A stretch of 64,000 nt of DNA. Source: an uncultured Gammaproteobacteria bacterium (GTDB lineage Bacteria > Patescibacteriota > Patescibacteriia > Patescibacteriales > UBA12465). The DNA lies in assembly GCA_964483295.1 (NCBI GenBank), contig CAZAAD010000003.1, positions 15,417-79,416 on the forward strand, written 5' to 3'. The notes under the pieces were generated by a model. The model searched no databases. It was not told where the DNA came from and was given only the letters and a program-made list of their open reading frames with translations. Each line of letters begins with the position of its first letter. Position 1 is the first letter of the stretch. Shown one piece after another: positions 48,869 to 57,513 of this stretch. The position numbers and the translations under genes were made by a program.

Positions 48869-49567
48869 ATGCAACAACAGCCAAAACTCTCAATCATTGT
48901 TCCCGTCTTCAACGAGGAACACTTAATAGCTCGGTCTTTGCCGGTTATCTGTGATCTTAATATTGCCAAAGAAGTAATAGTGATAGACGATGGTTCTAGC
49001 GATAAAACGCCAGAAATACTATTAGGCCTACAAAAAGCCCACAACTTTACCTTGATTCGCCAAGAAAAAAACCAAGGCAAGGGCGCCGCTGTGAAAAAAG
49101 GCTTAGAGAAAATTAATGGCGATTACTTTATTGTCTGCGATGCGGACTTAGAATACAATCCCCAAGATATTATTAATCTTTTTAAAGCCGCTCTGGAAAC
49201 TGAACCGACTCAGCAACCAGTTGCCATTTATGGTTCACGCTTTAAAAACAATTACCCTATCTCATTTCATTATTTTGTTAACCGCTTTCTTACCTCTTTA
49301 ACTAATTTATTATTTGGCGGCCACTTAACCGATATGGAAACTTGTTTCAAACTAATTCCCCGTTCGGCTCTTAATCATATCCGCCTGGACGGTAAGCGTT
49401 TTGAAATTGAACCAGAAATAACTGCCCGCCTGCTAAAAAAGGGCTATAAAATAAAAGAACTGCCGATCGGTTATAACCGCCGCAGTTATCGTGATGGTAA
49501 AAAAATTACCCCCAAAGATGGCTTTTTAGCCGTGACTACTCTCTTTAAAGAGCGGCTATTTAGATAA
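48869..49567 (+). CDS. GT2 polyprenol-phosphate glycosyltransferase-like enzyme (Dpm1/GtrB type, no TM)
   Basis: LSIIVPVFNEE...VIVIDDGSSDKT...NQGKGAAVKKG...VCDADLEY. Confidence 0.8.
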   Translation: MQQQPKLSIIVPVFNEEHLIARSLPVICDLNIAKEVIVIDDGSSDKTPEILLGLQKAHNFTLIRQEKNQGKGAAVKKGLEKINGDYFIVCDADLEYNPQDIINLFKAALETEPTQQPVAIYGSRFKNNYPISFHYFVNRFLTSLTNLLFGGHLTDMETCFKLIPRSALNHIRLDGKRFEIEPEITARLLKKGYKIKELPIGYNRRSYRDGKKITPKDGFLAVTTLFKERLFR

Positions 49568-51580
49568 CAAGCCGCGCCTCTTTAAATCTTCAATCTGTGC
49601 CAGGTAGCTAGCGGCCGCCTGGTCATTTTGTTTAGCCTGAGCTTGCTGCCAATAATTTTCTGCCTGGCCGTAATCTGCTAGGTGCCAATAAACTAAACCT
49701 ATCTGACTGTAAATTCCCGGCGTTTTAGGTTCTTTTTTTAAGCCGCGTTTAAAATAGTCAATTGCTTGATAAAGACTAGCGGTGTCATTAGACGCAGCGT
49801 AAAGAGAGGCGCGCGACAGAATGGCCCGCACATTACTGGGATGATTAAGCATGACTTGGCGATAAATTTCTTCGGCTAAATCCGGCTGACCCGCGGCTTG
49901 AGCAAAGTCTGCTAAATTAAATTTTGCTTTCAAGTCAGCTAAGCTGGCAAGTAAACGAAACTCCTGGCGAAATAACTGATCACTTATTGCTATTTTTTCT
50001 ATTTTTTCCGCAGCGTAGGCATCAGTCCTAACTAAAATAACATAATAGTTATCAAAATAAACTAACTGCCAATTCGGATTACGTAAAATAGAATGAAGAA
50101 AGGACCTCCCCCAAGGCGTGGTGTCGGTATGAGCGAAAAATATTGTTTTAAAACCATGCTCTTTTTCTTGCTGTTGCCAAAAAGTCTGATCAGTTTGCAT
50201 TGGTAAATAAATTTTCTGAAAAAAATCAACACTGTAGGCCTCGGGACGATTATCAACAAAAACCTTTTCTGTTTCTGGTAAACCAAAAATTAAAGCGCTG
50301 CCCGCATCATAATTATTAAAAATTGGCCCGGCTAATTCTTGCTCTGTAAAAAATTTAAACGCTTCTTCGCTGCCAAAACTAAGCCCCAGTCCTGGTTCAT
50401 TTTTTAAAAATACCTGACGATTATTAATATCTGTTAATAAAAATATACCAGAAAAAATTATTAGCCCGGCTAAACTAAGAAAATAAGTTGGGCGCCAAAG
50501 TAATTTTTTAAAATAAGAAAACTTGGCAACAAGAACCTCATAAGCTGGTAGAATTGATTCGCTAATTAAAACTAGCGCCACCAAACCAAATATCGCCAAA
50601 TTGCGAGAGGCAAATAAGCCTAAAATAGAAATAAAAATTCCAAAAAACCAAGCAGCGTAGCAACGACGACCATTAATTAAATAAGCGGCGATAAAACTTA
50701 CTAGCAATAGTACTAACAATAACTTAAAAATCTGAAAGTTATGATTAAGCATCATGTCGTCTAAAAAAAAGATACTTTTATTCTCGGCAACCTGATAACC
50801 ATAGCTCCTGAAAATATTAAAGGGATATAGTAGACCGCGAATATGATTAGGGTTAACTAAACAGGCTAATACTATTAGCCCAAAATCCATGACCGGTTGA
50901 GAAATTTTTTCCCAAACAAAAGAAAAGTTAAAATTAGGATATAAATCAGACAAAGCTAAATTTCTTAAAACCTGACTAGCCGCATAACAACCAACTAAAG
51001 CTAAACCCAGAAAAAAATAAATATGAACATTGGCCCACAAAATAAACAAAGGCATTAAAATTAAAAGACGTTTTTTTCTTGTCAGACGCTGGCTCTCTAA
51101 AACCAACCAAACAATAGCTAGAAAAAGATAACTAAACATTTCCGGGCGAATCTCAATTCTTTCAGTCATCAAAAAAATGACTGGCAAAGAAATAAGCGCC
51201 GCAATATAAAAATTGGAACGTTTGTAAGCTAAATAAAAAAATGCCAAAAAAATGGCGAGGGCTAAAATGATATTAAAAATGGATAGAGCCTTAAAACCGC
51301 CAAACAGATAAAGGCTATAAAATATAACACCCGCTAACCAGTGATGATTAATAAAACGGAGACTTGGTTCAGTAAAAGAATAAAAATTACGAAATAATAT
51401 ATCTTTATTTGCAAAAACCAGTCGGCCATTTTCTAAATGCCGTCCTAAATCACTAGAGGAAAACTCAACCCTTTGGCAAAAGATAATCACTACTAGGCAG
51501 CTTAAACCTAAAAACAACCAAGTGGGCCAAAATTGTTCTGACCGATACCAAGCGGCCATTTTTCTTTTTAATCTCTCCAT
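49556..51580 (-). CDS. Polytopic membrane protein with C-terminal TPR repeats (GT-C-like?)
   Basis: About 12 TM helices, followed by TPR-like repeats (AEEIYRQVM...YFKRGLKKEP...GLVYWHLADYGQAENYWQQA). Confidence 0.5.
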   Translation of the reverse strand: MERLKRKMAAWYRSEQFWPTWLFLGLSCLVVIIFCQRVEFSSSDLGRHLENGRLVFANKDILFRNFYSFTEPSLRFINHHWLAGVIFYSLYLFGGFKALSIFNIILALAIFLAFFYLAYKRSNFYIAALISLPVIFLMTERIEIRPEMFSYLFLAIVWLVLESQRLTRKKRLLILMPLFILWANVHIYFFLGLALVGCYAASQVLRNLALSDLYPNFNFSFVWEKISQPVMDFGLIVLACLVNPNHIRGLLYPFNIFRSYGYQVAENKSIFFLDDMMLNHNFQIFKLLLVLLLVSFIAAYLINGRRCYAAWFFGIFISILGLFASRNLAIFGLVALVLISESILPAYEVLVAKFSYFKKLLWRPTYFLSLAGLIIFSGIFLLTDINNRQVFLKNEPGLGLSFGSEEAFKFFTEQELAGPIFNNYDAGSALIFGLPETEKVFVDNRPEAYSVDFFQKIYLPMQTDQTFWQQQEKEHGFKTIFFAHTDTTPWGRSFLHSILRNPNWQLVYFDNYYVILVRTDAYAAEKIEKIAISDQLFRQEFRLLASLADLKAKFNLADFAQAAGQPDLAEEIYRQVMLNHPSNVRAILSRASLYAASNDTASLYQAIDYFKRGLKKEPKTPGIYSQIGLVYWHLADYGQAENYWQQAQAKQNDQAAASYLAQIEDLKRRGLLSK

Positions 51581-51624
51581 GGACTTTAATTATGCCTTTA
51601 TTATAGCATTTTTCAAGATTTTTT

Positions 51625-51658
51625 AATAAAACGGGCCCAATTACGGGCCCGGTTTTTA
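51625..51658. terminator. Bidirectional intrinsic terminator
   Basis: CGGGCCC (51632-51638) pairs with GGGCCCG (51645-51651), with T and A runs on both sides. Confidence 0.7.
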
Positions 51659-51672
51659 TGAACTAGTGACTT

Positions 51673-52008
51673 TTACTTCAATGGCTCGGAGGGTTTAGGT
51701 TTTTTGAGCCAAAAGTAGCGCCAATGCCAAATGACATGAATAGTAGATAATACCGCCATAGCGATACCGAATTCAACATGAAGCCAAAAAAATTGGCGAT
51801 ACCAAGCAACTGACAAACGAAAATCGATTAAAATTGCTAATAGTAACCCTAGCAAACCAGAAACTAGAAAACTGATAAGTAATAAATAGTTCCAAAAACG
51901 ACGATGCTTGAATAATGGCACTCTTTTGGTTTTAACTAAACTAGCGCTCACCGCGTAGGCTGATAAAATAACCAAAATGATGATGATTATATGGTAACTA
52001 TCAAGCAT
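51673..52008 (-). CDS. Small 3-TM membrane protein, DUF4405-like (conserved His in last helix)
   Basis: WLHVEFGIAMAVLSTIHVIWHWRYFW resembles the DUF4405 His-containing helix (from memory). It starts 1 nt after the ferredoxin gene's stop. Confidence 0.45.
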   Translation of the reverse strand: MLDSYHIIIIILVILSAYAVSASLVKTKRVPLFKHRRFWNYLLLISFLVSGLLGLLLAILIDFRLSVAWYRQFFWLHVEFGIAMAVLSTIHVIWHWRYFWLKKPKPSEPLK

Positions 52009-52009
52009 A

Positions 52010-52363
52010 TTATTTTAAAGCGATTGCTCTATCCTGACAAGCAGAGATAGCAAAACGTAAATTATCAGATTCTAAATTATCTTGAGAAATTACTACTGCC
52101 TTACGCGCTACCGAGTCAAAAGAAAAGTGTTCCGGATCAAACCGGGAACATTTTCCGCAACCAGTACAACGTTGACCGTCAACAACGACAGTCTTATTAG
52201 CAGCTGGTTGTTCTAATAATGACTTATCATCCCCGTTGTCTATCTTGGTCCCAGAAGTCGCTAATCCGGAATCACCCCGGGAACAGCCAGTTGTTAAAAA
52301 CAAAACTGGCAAAAAGAACAATAAACGAGTAAAACGTCCGCGCGATATTAAATATCTAAACAT
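52010..52363 (-). CDS. Ferredoxin-like single-cluster Fe-S protein with an N-terminal lipoprotein-type signal
   Basis: The signal (RGRFTRLLFFLPVLFLTTGC) is followed by RCTGCGKCSRFDPEHFSF...AISACQDRAIAL, a CxxCxxC...C pattern. Confidence 0.6.
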   Translation of the reverse strand: MFRYLISRGRFTRLLFFLPVLFLTTGCSRGDSGLATSGTKIDNGDDKSLLEQPAANKTVVVDGQRCTGCGKCSRFDPEHFSFDSVARKAVVISQDNLESDNLRFAISACQDRAIALK

Positions 52364-52455
52364 GTTATCGTAATTTAAATAATTATTTAAGACTATGACC
52401 TTTATACCATAATTATACGATGATTTAAATAATCTTCTTCCTTATTGACAGATAT

Positions 52456-52484
52456 TTGACATATTTTAATAAAAGCAGTAATAT
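52456..52484 (+). promoter_or_regulatory. Near-consensus sigma70 promoter
   Basis: TTGACA (52456-52461), 17-nt spacer, TAATAT (52479-52484). A second TTGACA lies 11 nt upstream (52445-52450). Confidence 0.65.
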
Positions 52485-52490
52485 ATTAGG

Positions 52491-52532
52491 TCTAGGTGGG
52501 GGCAACCCCACGGGGGTAGCCCCTAAACTAGA
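52491..52532 (+). promoter_or_regulatory. Structured 5' leader: closing stem plus two GC hairpins (three-way junction)
   Basis: TCTAG (52491-52495) pairs with CTAGA (52528-52532). This encloses GTGGGG-GCAA-CCCCAC (52496-52511, a GNRA loop) and GGGG-GTAG-CCCC (52512-52523). Confidence 0.5.
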
Positions 52533-52578
52533 TCGTACATTTTAAAAATATAAAACTAGAGGGGAGGTGAAAAATGCT

Positions 52579-53241
52579 ATGAAAAAAGCTTATTTAGTCG
52601 CGATTGCGACTTTAGGCCTATTAGCCTCAGCTCTCGCTGTTCAAGCAATCGGAAATGGCGCCATTAGTGGTAGTCATTATAATTTGAATTTAATTGGAGT
52701 TCCTAAGGGAAAAACGGCGGTCATGACCGAAAACAACGGTCATCGTATCTTCGTCAACCTGTCCGGCAAGACCTCCATCAAGCTGATTCAAGGAACCGAG
52801 TTCAAAGTCATTGATGCCAATGGCACCGACGGCAACGGAGCCTCTTTCCAGTTACCAAATCCTGATCCGGATAATGACGGCACTACCGTTTATCGAGTTT
52901 ATGCTCGTGCACTGGGTAAACCAGGTGGTGGTGCTAAATTAGTAACCTGTGCGATGAGCGCTGGTTTGGATGGGATTCTAGGAACCACTGACGATGAAGA
53001 GGTTTGCTCGCTTGCAACCTTAACCTTGTCCAGAACAACTGGAAAAAGTAAATTCATCGATGTCAGCAAGGAATTGCTCTATGTTTATGCCGATTTGAAT
53101 AGCGACGGTACTCAAGAAAGGTATCCACTTTTCTCCGAAGTACTCCAAGATTATTTCTGGAGCTACGATAACAACGGACTTAAAGTGGTACAACTTCGTT
53201 TTTACGAAGTTCCAACCGTAGTACCAGCTAGTGCTAACTAG
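52579..53241 (+). CDS. Secreted protein of unknown function with DxDxDG-like loops
   Basis: Signal peptide (KKAYLVAIATLGLLASALAVQA), plus NPDPDNDGT and DLNSDGT loops. A GGAGGTG SD lies 9 nt before the ATG at 52579; the track start (GTG 52567) is less likely. Confidence 0.65.
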   Translation: MKKAYLVAIATLGLLASALAVQAIGNGAISGSHYNLNLIGVPKGKTAVMTENNGHRIFVNLSGKTSIKLIQGTEFKVIDANGTDGNGASFQLPNPDPDNDGTTVYRVYARALGKPGGGAKLVTCAMSAGLDGILGTTDDEEVCSLATLTLSRTTGKSKFIDVSKELLYVYADLNSDGTQERYPLFSEVLQDYFWSYDNNGLKVVQLRFYEVPTVVPASAN

Positions 53242-53294
53242 CGACAGCGCGCGAAACTTAACAGTTTCGTGCCTGGACCACCCGTCTAAGTTAT

Positions 53295-53326
53295 GGGGGG
53301 AGGAGCTTTATCCGTCCCCCTTTTTT
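53295..53326 (+). terminator. Strong intrinsic terminator
   Basis: GGGGGGAGGA (53295-53304) pairs with TCCGTCCCCC (53311-53320), followed by T6. A second hairpin lies upstream at 53249-53272. Confidence 0.85.
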
Positions 53327-53371
53327 ATTTTTTATGATATAATATAGCAATAATGAATAAATTTAAAAAAT

Positions 53372-53785
53372 ATGGCCATCATAACTTGGAACCAAGAATA
53401 CTCAGTTGGCGTCGAGGAGCTTGATAAGCAGCATCAAAGACTTATAAGTCTTATCAACAAACTCTTTGCTTTATACACTGAAAAACATTTTGCTCAAACT
53501 GATGTTGAACCGATTTTTAAAGAATTAATGGATTATGCTGATGAGCATTTTAGTACCGAGGAACATTACTTCAGTCTTTATAATTATGACAAAAAAGATT
53601 CGCATATTGCCATGCATGAAACCTATCGCGAAAAAATAGATAATCTAAAAAAGGAATATGATGCGGCTAATAGCGAAACAACTCTTTATGCTATTAATAA
53701 TTTTCTAAACGACTGGTGGATCTGGCACATCAATAATGTTGATAAAGAATATACTGACTACTTTAACGCTAACGGCTTAAAATAA
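53372..53785 (+). CDS. Bacteriohemerythrin
   Basis: ITWNQEYSVGVEELDKQHQRLISLIN, and His/Glu ligands in HFSTEEHYF and WIWHINNVD. Confidence 0.85.
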   Translation: MAIITWNQEYSVGVEELDKQHQRLISLINKLFALYTEKHFAQTDVEPIFKELMDYADEHFSTEEHYFSLYNYDKKDSHIAMHETYREKIDNLKKEYDAANSETTLYAINNFLNDWWIWHINNVDKEYTDYFNANGLK

Positions 53786-53797
53786 AAACAAAAAACA

Positions 53798-53828
53798 CGT
53801 CGACCGACGTGTTTTTTAATACAAAAAT
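53798..53828. terminator. Bidirectional intrinsic terminator
   Basis: ACACGTC (53805-53811) pairs with GACGTGT (53816-53822), loop GACC, flanked by A and T runs. Confidence 0.75.
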
Positions 53829-53837
53829 TAATATTAA

Positions 53838-54188
53838 TCATTTTTTCTCATCATCTTTAATTACTCCCTCCATTATCCAAGTGACAACCGAGAGCACGAG
53901 ACTAAATAACACTGCTATCCAAAAATTAGCAATACTAAAACCAGATAACAGGGCAGCTGTTAGGCCAACCATGCCCGCATTAATAACTAAAGTAAATAAG
54001 CCAAGGGTTAAAATATTGATAGGCAAGGTTAAAATTATAAGGAGTGGTCTAATAACTGCATTAACTGCCCCCAAAATTAAGGCGGCAAGCAAAGCGGCAC
54101 CAAAACCACTAATTTCTGCCCCAGGAATAAGCCAGGCACTAATACCAATCGCCAAAGCGCTCAGGAGCCAGGTAATTATAATTTTCAT
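53838..54188 (-). CDS. Four-TM membrane protein of the phage-holin-4_2 / YvlD family
   Basis: WLLSALAIGISAWLIPG...VIRPLLIILTLPINILTLGLF. Confidence 0.65.
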   Translation of the reverse strand: MKIIITWLLSALAIGISAWLIPGAEISGFGAALLAALILGAVNAVIRPLLIILTLPINILTLGLFTLVINAGMVGLTAALLSGFSIANFWIAVLFSLVLSVVTWIMEGVIKDDEKK

Positions 54189-54199
54189 AAATTTAATTA

Positions 54200-55402
54200 T
54201 TAATTTTTCTTAATTAAAATTTGCACATCATTAATATAACCAGTCTCAAAACCTACTTCACAGTAAATAAAATAATATAACCATTTTCTATAAAAATCTT
54301 CATTAAAACCTAACTGCATAATTTCTTTTTTTTGAGAAATAAAATTTTTCCGCCACTGGCGCAAAGTCTTAGCATAATCCTGACCAATATAATGGATATC
54401 GAGAATATTTAATTCTAATCTTGCAACTTCTGTCTTAATCTGTTTTAAAGATAATAACTCGCCACCAGGAAAGATATATTTTTTAATAAAATTTGGGTCA
54501 CGTAAATATTTTCGAAAGTACTCATCAGGATAGGTAATACATTGTAAACACATTAAACCGTCTTTCTTAACTAGACTATGGCATTTGCTTAGAAATATGG
54601 GAACATAATCATGGCCCAAAGCTTCCATCATTTCAATAGAAACAATCTTATCAAAACTGCCAACTAAATCGCGGTAGTCCTGTTTAATCAATTTAATATG
54701 ATTAGTTAAATTTTCTTTTTTAATTAACTCTTCAGTATAAGCAAATTGTTCATCAGAAATGGTAGCAATAGTTAAATTGCAACCATAGTTTTTAGCAGCA
54801 AAGACTGCAAAACCACCCCAGCCACAACCTATTTCTAAAACATGGTCATCCTGATTAAGTTTAATTTGTTCACAAATTCGGCGATATTTATTTTCCTGAG
54901 CAATCCTTAAGTTCGCTTGGCCATCAAATATAGCCGAGGAATATGTCATGGTCTCATCTAACCATAATTTATAAAAATCATTAGAAACATCATAATGAGC
55001 TTTTATATTCTTCTTGCTGCCGATTTTGGTATTTTTATTGCGTGAGTGTTCTAATTGTAAACCTATATTGGCCCACTTAAATAAACCGGACAAAATATTT
55101 TTATCTCTGAATCCTGGCAATAAATCTTTATTTTGCACAAACCAAAGTAAAACCTGTTTCAAGTCAGGCGTTGAAAATTCTCCCAAGAAAAAGGATTCAC
55201 CAAAACCCGTATCACCAAATAGAATTACTCTCTTAAAAAAATTATTATCCTTAACCTCAATCTTAGCCGTGGAAATAATTTTTCGACTATCATCGCCCGA
55301 CAACTCCTGGCCAAATATATATTTATGACTCCCGAAATACAACTCTAAAGTGCCTCTAAATTTTTTATTTTTAAAAAATGTCAAAAATATTGTCTTGTAC
55401 AT
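54200..55402 (-). CDS. cfa: Cyclopropane-fatty-acyl-phospholipid synthase family methyltransferase
   Basis: HYDVSNDFYKLWLDETMTYSSAIF...VLEIGCGWGGFAVFAAKNYG. Confidence 0.88.
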   Translation of the reverse strand: MYKTIFLTFFKNKKFRGTLELYFGSHKYIFGQELSGDDSRKIISTAKIEVKDNNFFKRVILFGDTGFGESFFLGEFSTPDLKQVLLWFVQNKDLLPGFRDKNILSGLFKWANIGLQLEHSRNKNTKIGSKKNIKAHYDVSNDFYKLWLDETMTYSSAIFDGQANLRIAQENKYRRICEQIKLNQDDHVLEIGCGWGGFAVFAAKNYGCNLTIATISDEQFAYTEELIKKENLTNHIKLIKQDYRDLVGSFDKIVSIEMMEALGHDYVPIFLSKCHSLVKKDGLMCLQCITYPDEYFRKYLRDPNFIKKYIFPGGELLSLKQIKTEVARLELNILDIHYIGQDYAKTLRQWRKNFISQKKEIMQLGFNEDFYRKWLYYFIYCEVGFETGYINDVQILIKKN

Positions 55403-55409
55403 ATCTTTA

Positions 55410-56252
55410 CTAATCTTTTTTGGTAATTTTTTCTATAATTTTTTTATCAGTTTCTTCCTTACGATAAAATCTTATTTTCTTAATAAACAATTTTAAAGCC
55501 TGATAATGAATTAAAATAATCGCCATTAAAGTTACCATGGGGTATCTTAATATAACCCATAATAAATTAAAATTGTTTAACGCTTTTCTGCTCCCAGTAA
55601 CTAAAGTTTTTAGCTCTATTCTATCATTTTTAATAGAATCGATCGCCATCATTATTTTATCTCCAGGAATCTTAAACTGCCAGTGAAGATTATTGTCATA
55701 ACTAATAAAGGGGGAAATATAATAATTTTTTCTCTGTGTATCAGAAAATAATTCGGCTTCTGGATTGTCAATTTTGCAATAATACATTTTTTGATCACCA
55801 AAAGTATTATTAACTTCACTAAACATCGCTCTAAATTTACCAGCGCTGTCAAAACAATAATAAAAACTTACGGGATTAAATATATAACCAAAGTTTCTTA
55901 AGTTTGTTAAAACATAAACCTTTTCTAAATCAAACCCGAATTGCAACTCACTAATTAAAATCTTTAGGCGCTCTTTAGTATTTTTGTTTAAATATTTCTC
56001 AGCCTCAAAACTAACCATTTCTCGAGCAATAATCTCAGCATTCTGGCTTTTTTGCGAAACAAACTTAAAATGATCTTTATCAAAAAAACTAAGCGCATTC
56101 CATTTATTATAACTAAATAGAAATAATTTTTTAGACGCTTCCTCTAACTCATCTAAATCCAAATACACCATATAGATTGAGTATTGGAAAAAATTCCGCT
56201 TTGGCTCCTTGCGATCATGAACTAGTTTCAAAGTATAAATACAAGAGTTCAT
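55410..56252 (-). CDS. DUF1365 family protein
   Basis: LVHDRKEPKRNFFQYSIYMVYLDLDELE fits the DUF1365 N-terminal pattern. Confidence 0.75.
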   Translation of the reverse strand: MNSCIYTLKLVHDRKEPKRNFFQYSIYMVYLDLDELEEASKKLFLFSYNKWNALSFFDKDHFKFVSQKSQNAEIIAREMVSFEAEKYLNKNTKERLKILISELQFGFDLEKVYVLTNLRNFGYIFNPVSFYYCFDSAGKFRAMFSEVNNTFGDQKMYYCKIDNPEAELFSDTQRKNYYISPFISYDNNLHWQFKIPGDKIMMAIDSIKNDRIELKTLVTGSRKALNNFNLLWVILRYPMVTLMAIILIHYQALKLFIKKIRFYRKEETDKKIIEKITKKD

Positions 56253-56257
56253 CTTCT

Positions 56258-57505
56258 TTATTTATTATTTTTTAAAATCTCAACTACTTTTAGGCCAGCC
56301 TTGATACCGTCCTCATGAAAACCATAACTGAAATAGGCGCCGGCAAAAAATATTTTTGTATTTTTATTCAATTCCTGCAATCTCGTCTGCAGGGCAAAGT
56401 TTTCCACTGTAAACAGGGGGTGATAATAAATCAAATCTTTAACAATTTTACTTTTATCTATTTCCTGAAAAGGATTAATAGAGACAAAGTAGTTAGTGTT
56501 CGTATTTGGCTTCTGTAATTCATTCATCCAATAAACTGTTGAAGATTGTCCATTTTCCTTATTAATCACATGATTCCATGAAGCCCAAGCACTCCTAATA
56601 GTCGGCATTAACGCTGTATCAGTATGTAAAACAGCACGATTACGACTATAGCTAAACTTTTCTAGTAACTGTCTTTTTTCAGAAGAAAGCTCGGTGGCTA
56701 TTTTCAGGCTCTCATCAGAATGACTGGCCAAAATCACATAATCAAATTCGTAATTACCCTTTTCCGTAGTAAGCCGCACTCCCTGCTCCGATTCGACAGC
56801 CTCTAAAGCGGCTTCATTTAGATTAATAGAGAGATTGCCCTTATCTACTATCTTTTTTACATAGTCATTTGAGCCGCCTTTAACAGTATACCACTGGAAT
56901 TGACGATTAACTCCCAACAAGCCATGGTTATAGAAAAATGGAATAATTAAAGAAATCGGCAAATCATAAGCGCTTTGGTGAGGAGTAGACCAAACTGCTG
57001 AAGACATCGGTGCTAAGTAATTATCTAAAAAATAATTAGATAAATTTTTCCGCTGACAATACTGACTAATAGTCTCTTCGCTGCCCTTAATAACTTCCCT
57101 GTCCTCTAGGGCCATCTTAAAAAACTTATTTATTTCTAACAAAAATTTCCAATATTTTAAAGAAAGTAAATTTTTCTTCTGAGAAAAAAGATTAATCAGA
57201 TTGCTGCCAGAATATTGCAGACCCGTCTTCTGATTATAAACTGCAAAAGACATGCTACTTTTTTGCTTTTCAACACCTAACTCGCTAAATAATTTAAGTA
57301 AATTGCTATAAGTATGAAGATTAAAAACAATAAAACCAGTATCAATTGTAAACTTATGACCAGCTTCTGTAAATTCATGGGTATGGGTATGCCCCCCTAA
57401 ATAATCATTCTTTTCAAAAATAGAAACCTCATACTCATCCCGCAGATAATGCGCACAAGTCATAGCTGAGATTCCGGAGCCAACAATGGCTACTTTCTTT
57501 TTCAT
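56258..57505 (-). CDS. FAD/NAD-binding amine-oxidase-like oxidoreductase (COG2907 type)
   Basis: VAIVGSGISAMTCAHYL...FEKNDYLGGHTHT is a Rossmann dinucleotide motif. Confidence 0.8.
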   Translation of the reverse strand: MKKKVAIVGSGISAMTCAHYLRDEYEVSIFEKNDYLGGHTHTHEFTEAGHKFTIDTGFIVFNLHTYSNLLKLFSELGVEKQKSSMSFAVYNQKTGLQYSGSNLINLFSQKKNLLSLKYWKFLLEINKFFKMALEDREVIKGSEETISQYCQRKNLSNYFLDNYLAPMSSAVWSTPHQSAYDLPISLIIPFFYNHGLLGVNRQFQWYTVKGGSNDYVKKIVDKGNLSINLNEAALEAVESEQGVRLTTEKGNYEFDYVILASHSDESLKIATELSSEKRQLLEKFSYSRNRAVLHTDTALMPTIRSAWASWNHVINKENGQSSTVYWMNELQKPNTNTNYFVSINPFQEIDKSKIVKDLIYYHPLFTVENFALQTRLQELNKNTKIFFAGAYFSYGFHEDGIKAGLKVVEILKNNK

Positions 57506-57513
57506 ATAAAAGA

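Noticed and set aside
52567-52578. GTG at 52567 as the start of the secreted protein
   Set aside because: The GTG is part of the SD sequence itself (GGAGGTG). The ATG at 52579 lies 9 nt downstream of it and gives a standard signal peptide (MKKAYLVAIA...).
53838-54188. The holin-family gene as evidence of a prophage
   Set aside because: No endolysin, capsid, terminase, integrase or att-like repeats lie adjacent. This family (YvlD-like) is widespread as a chromosomal membrane protein.
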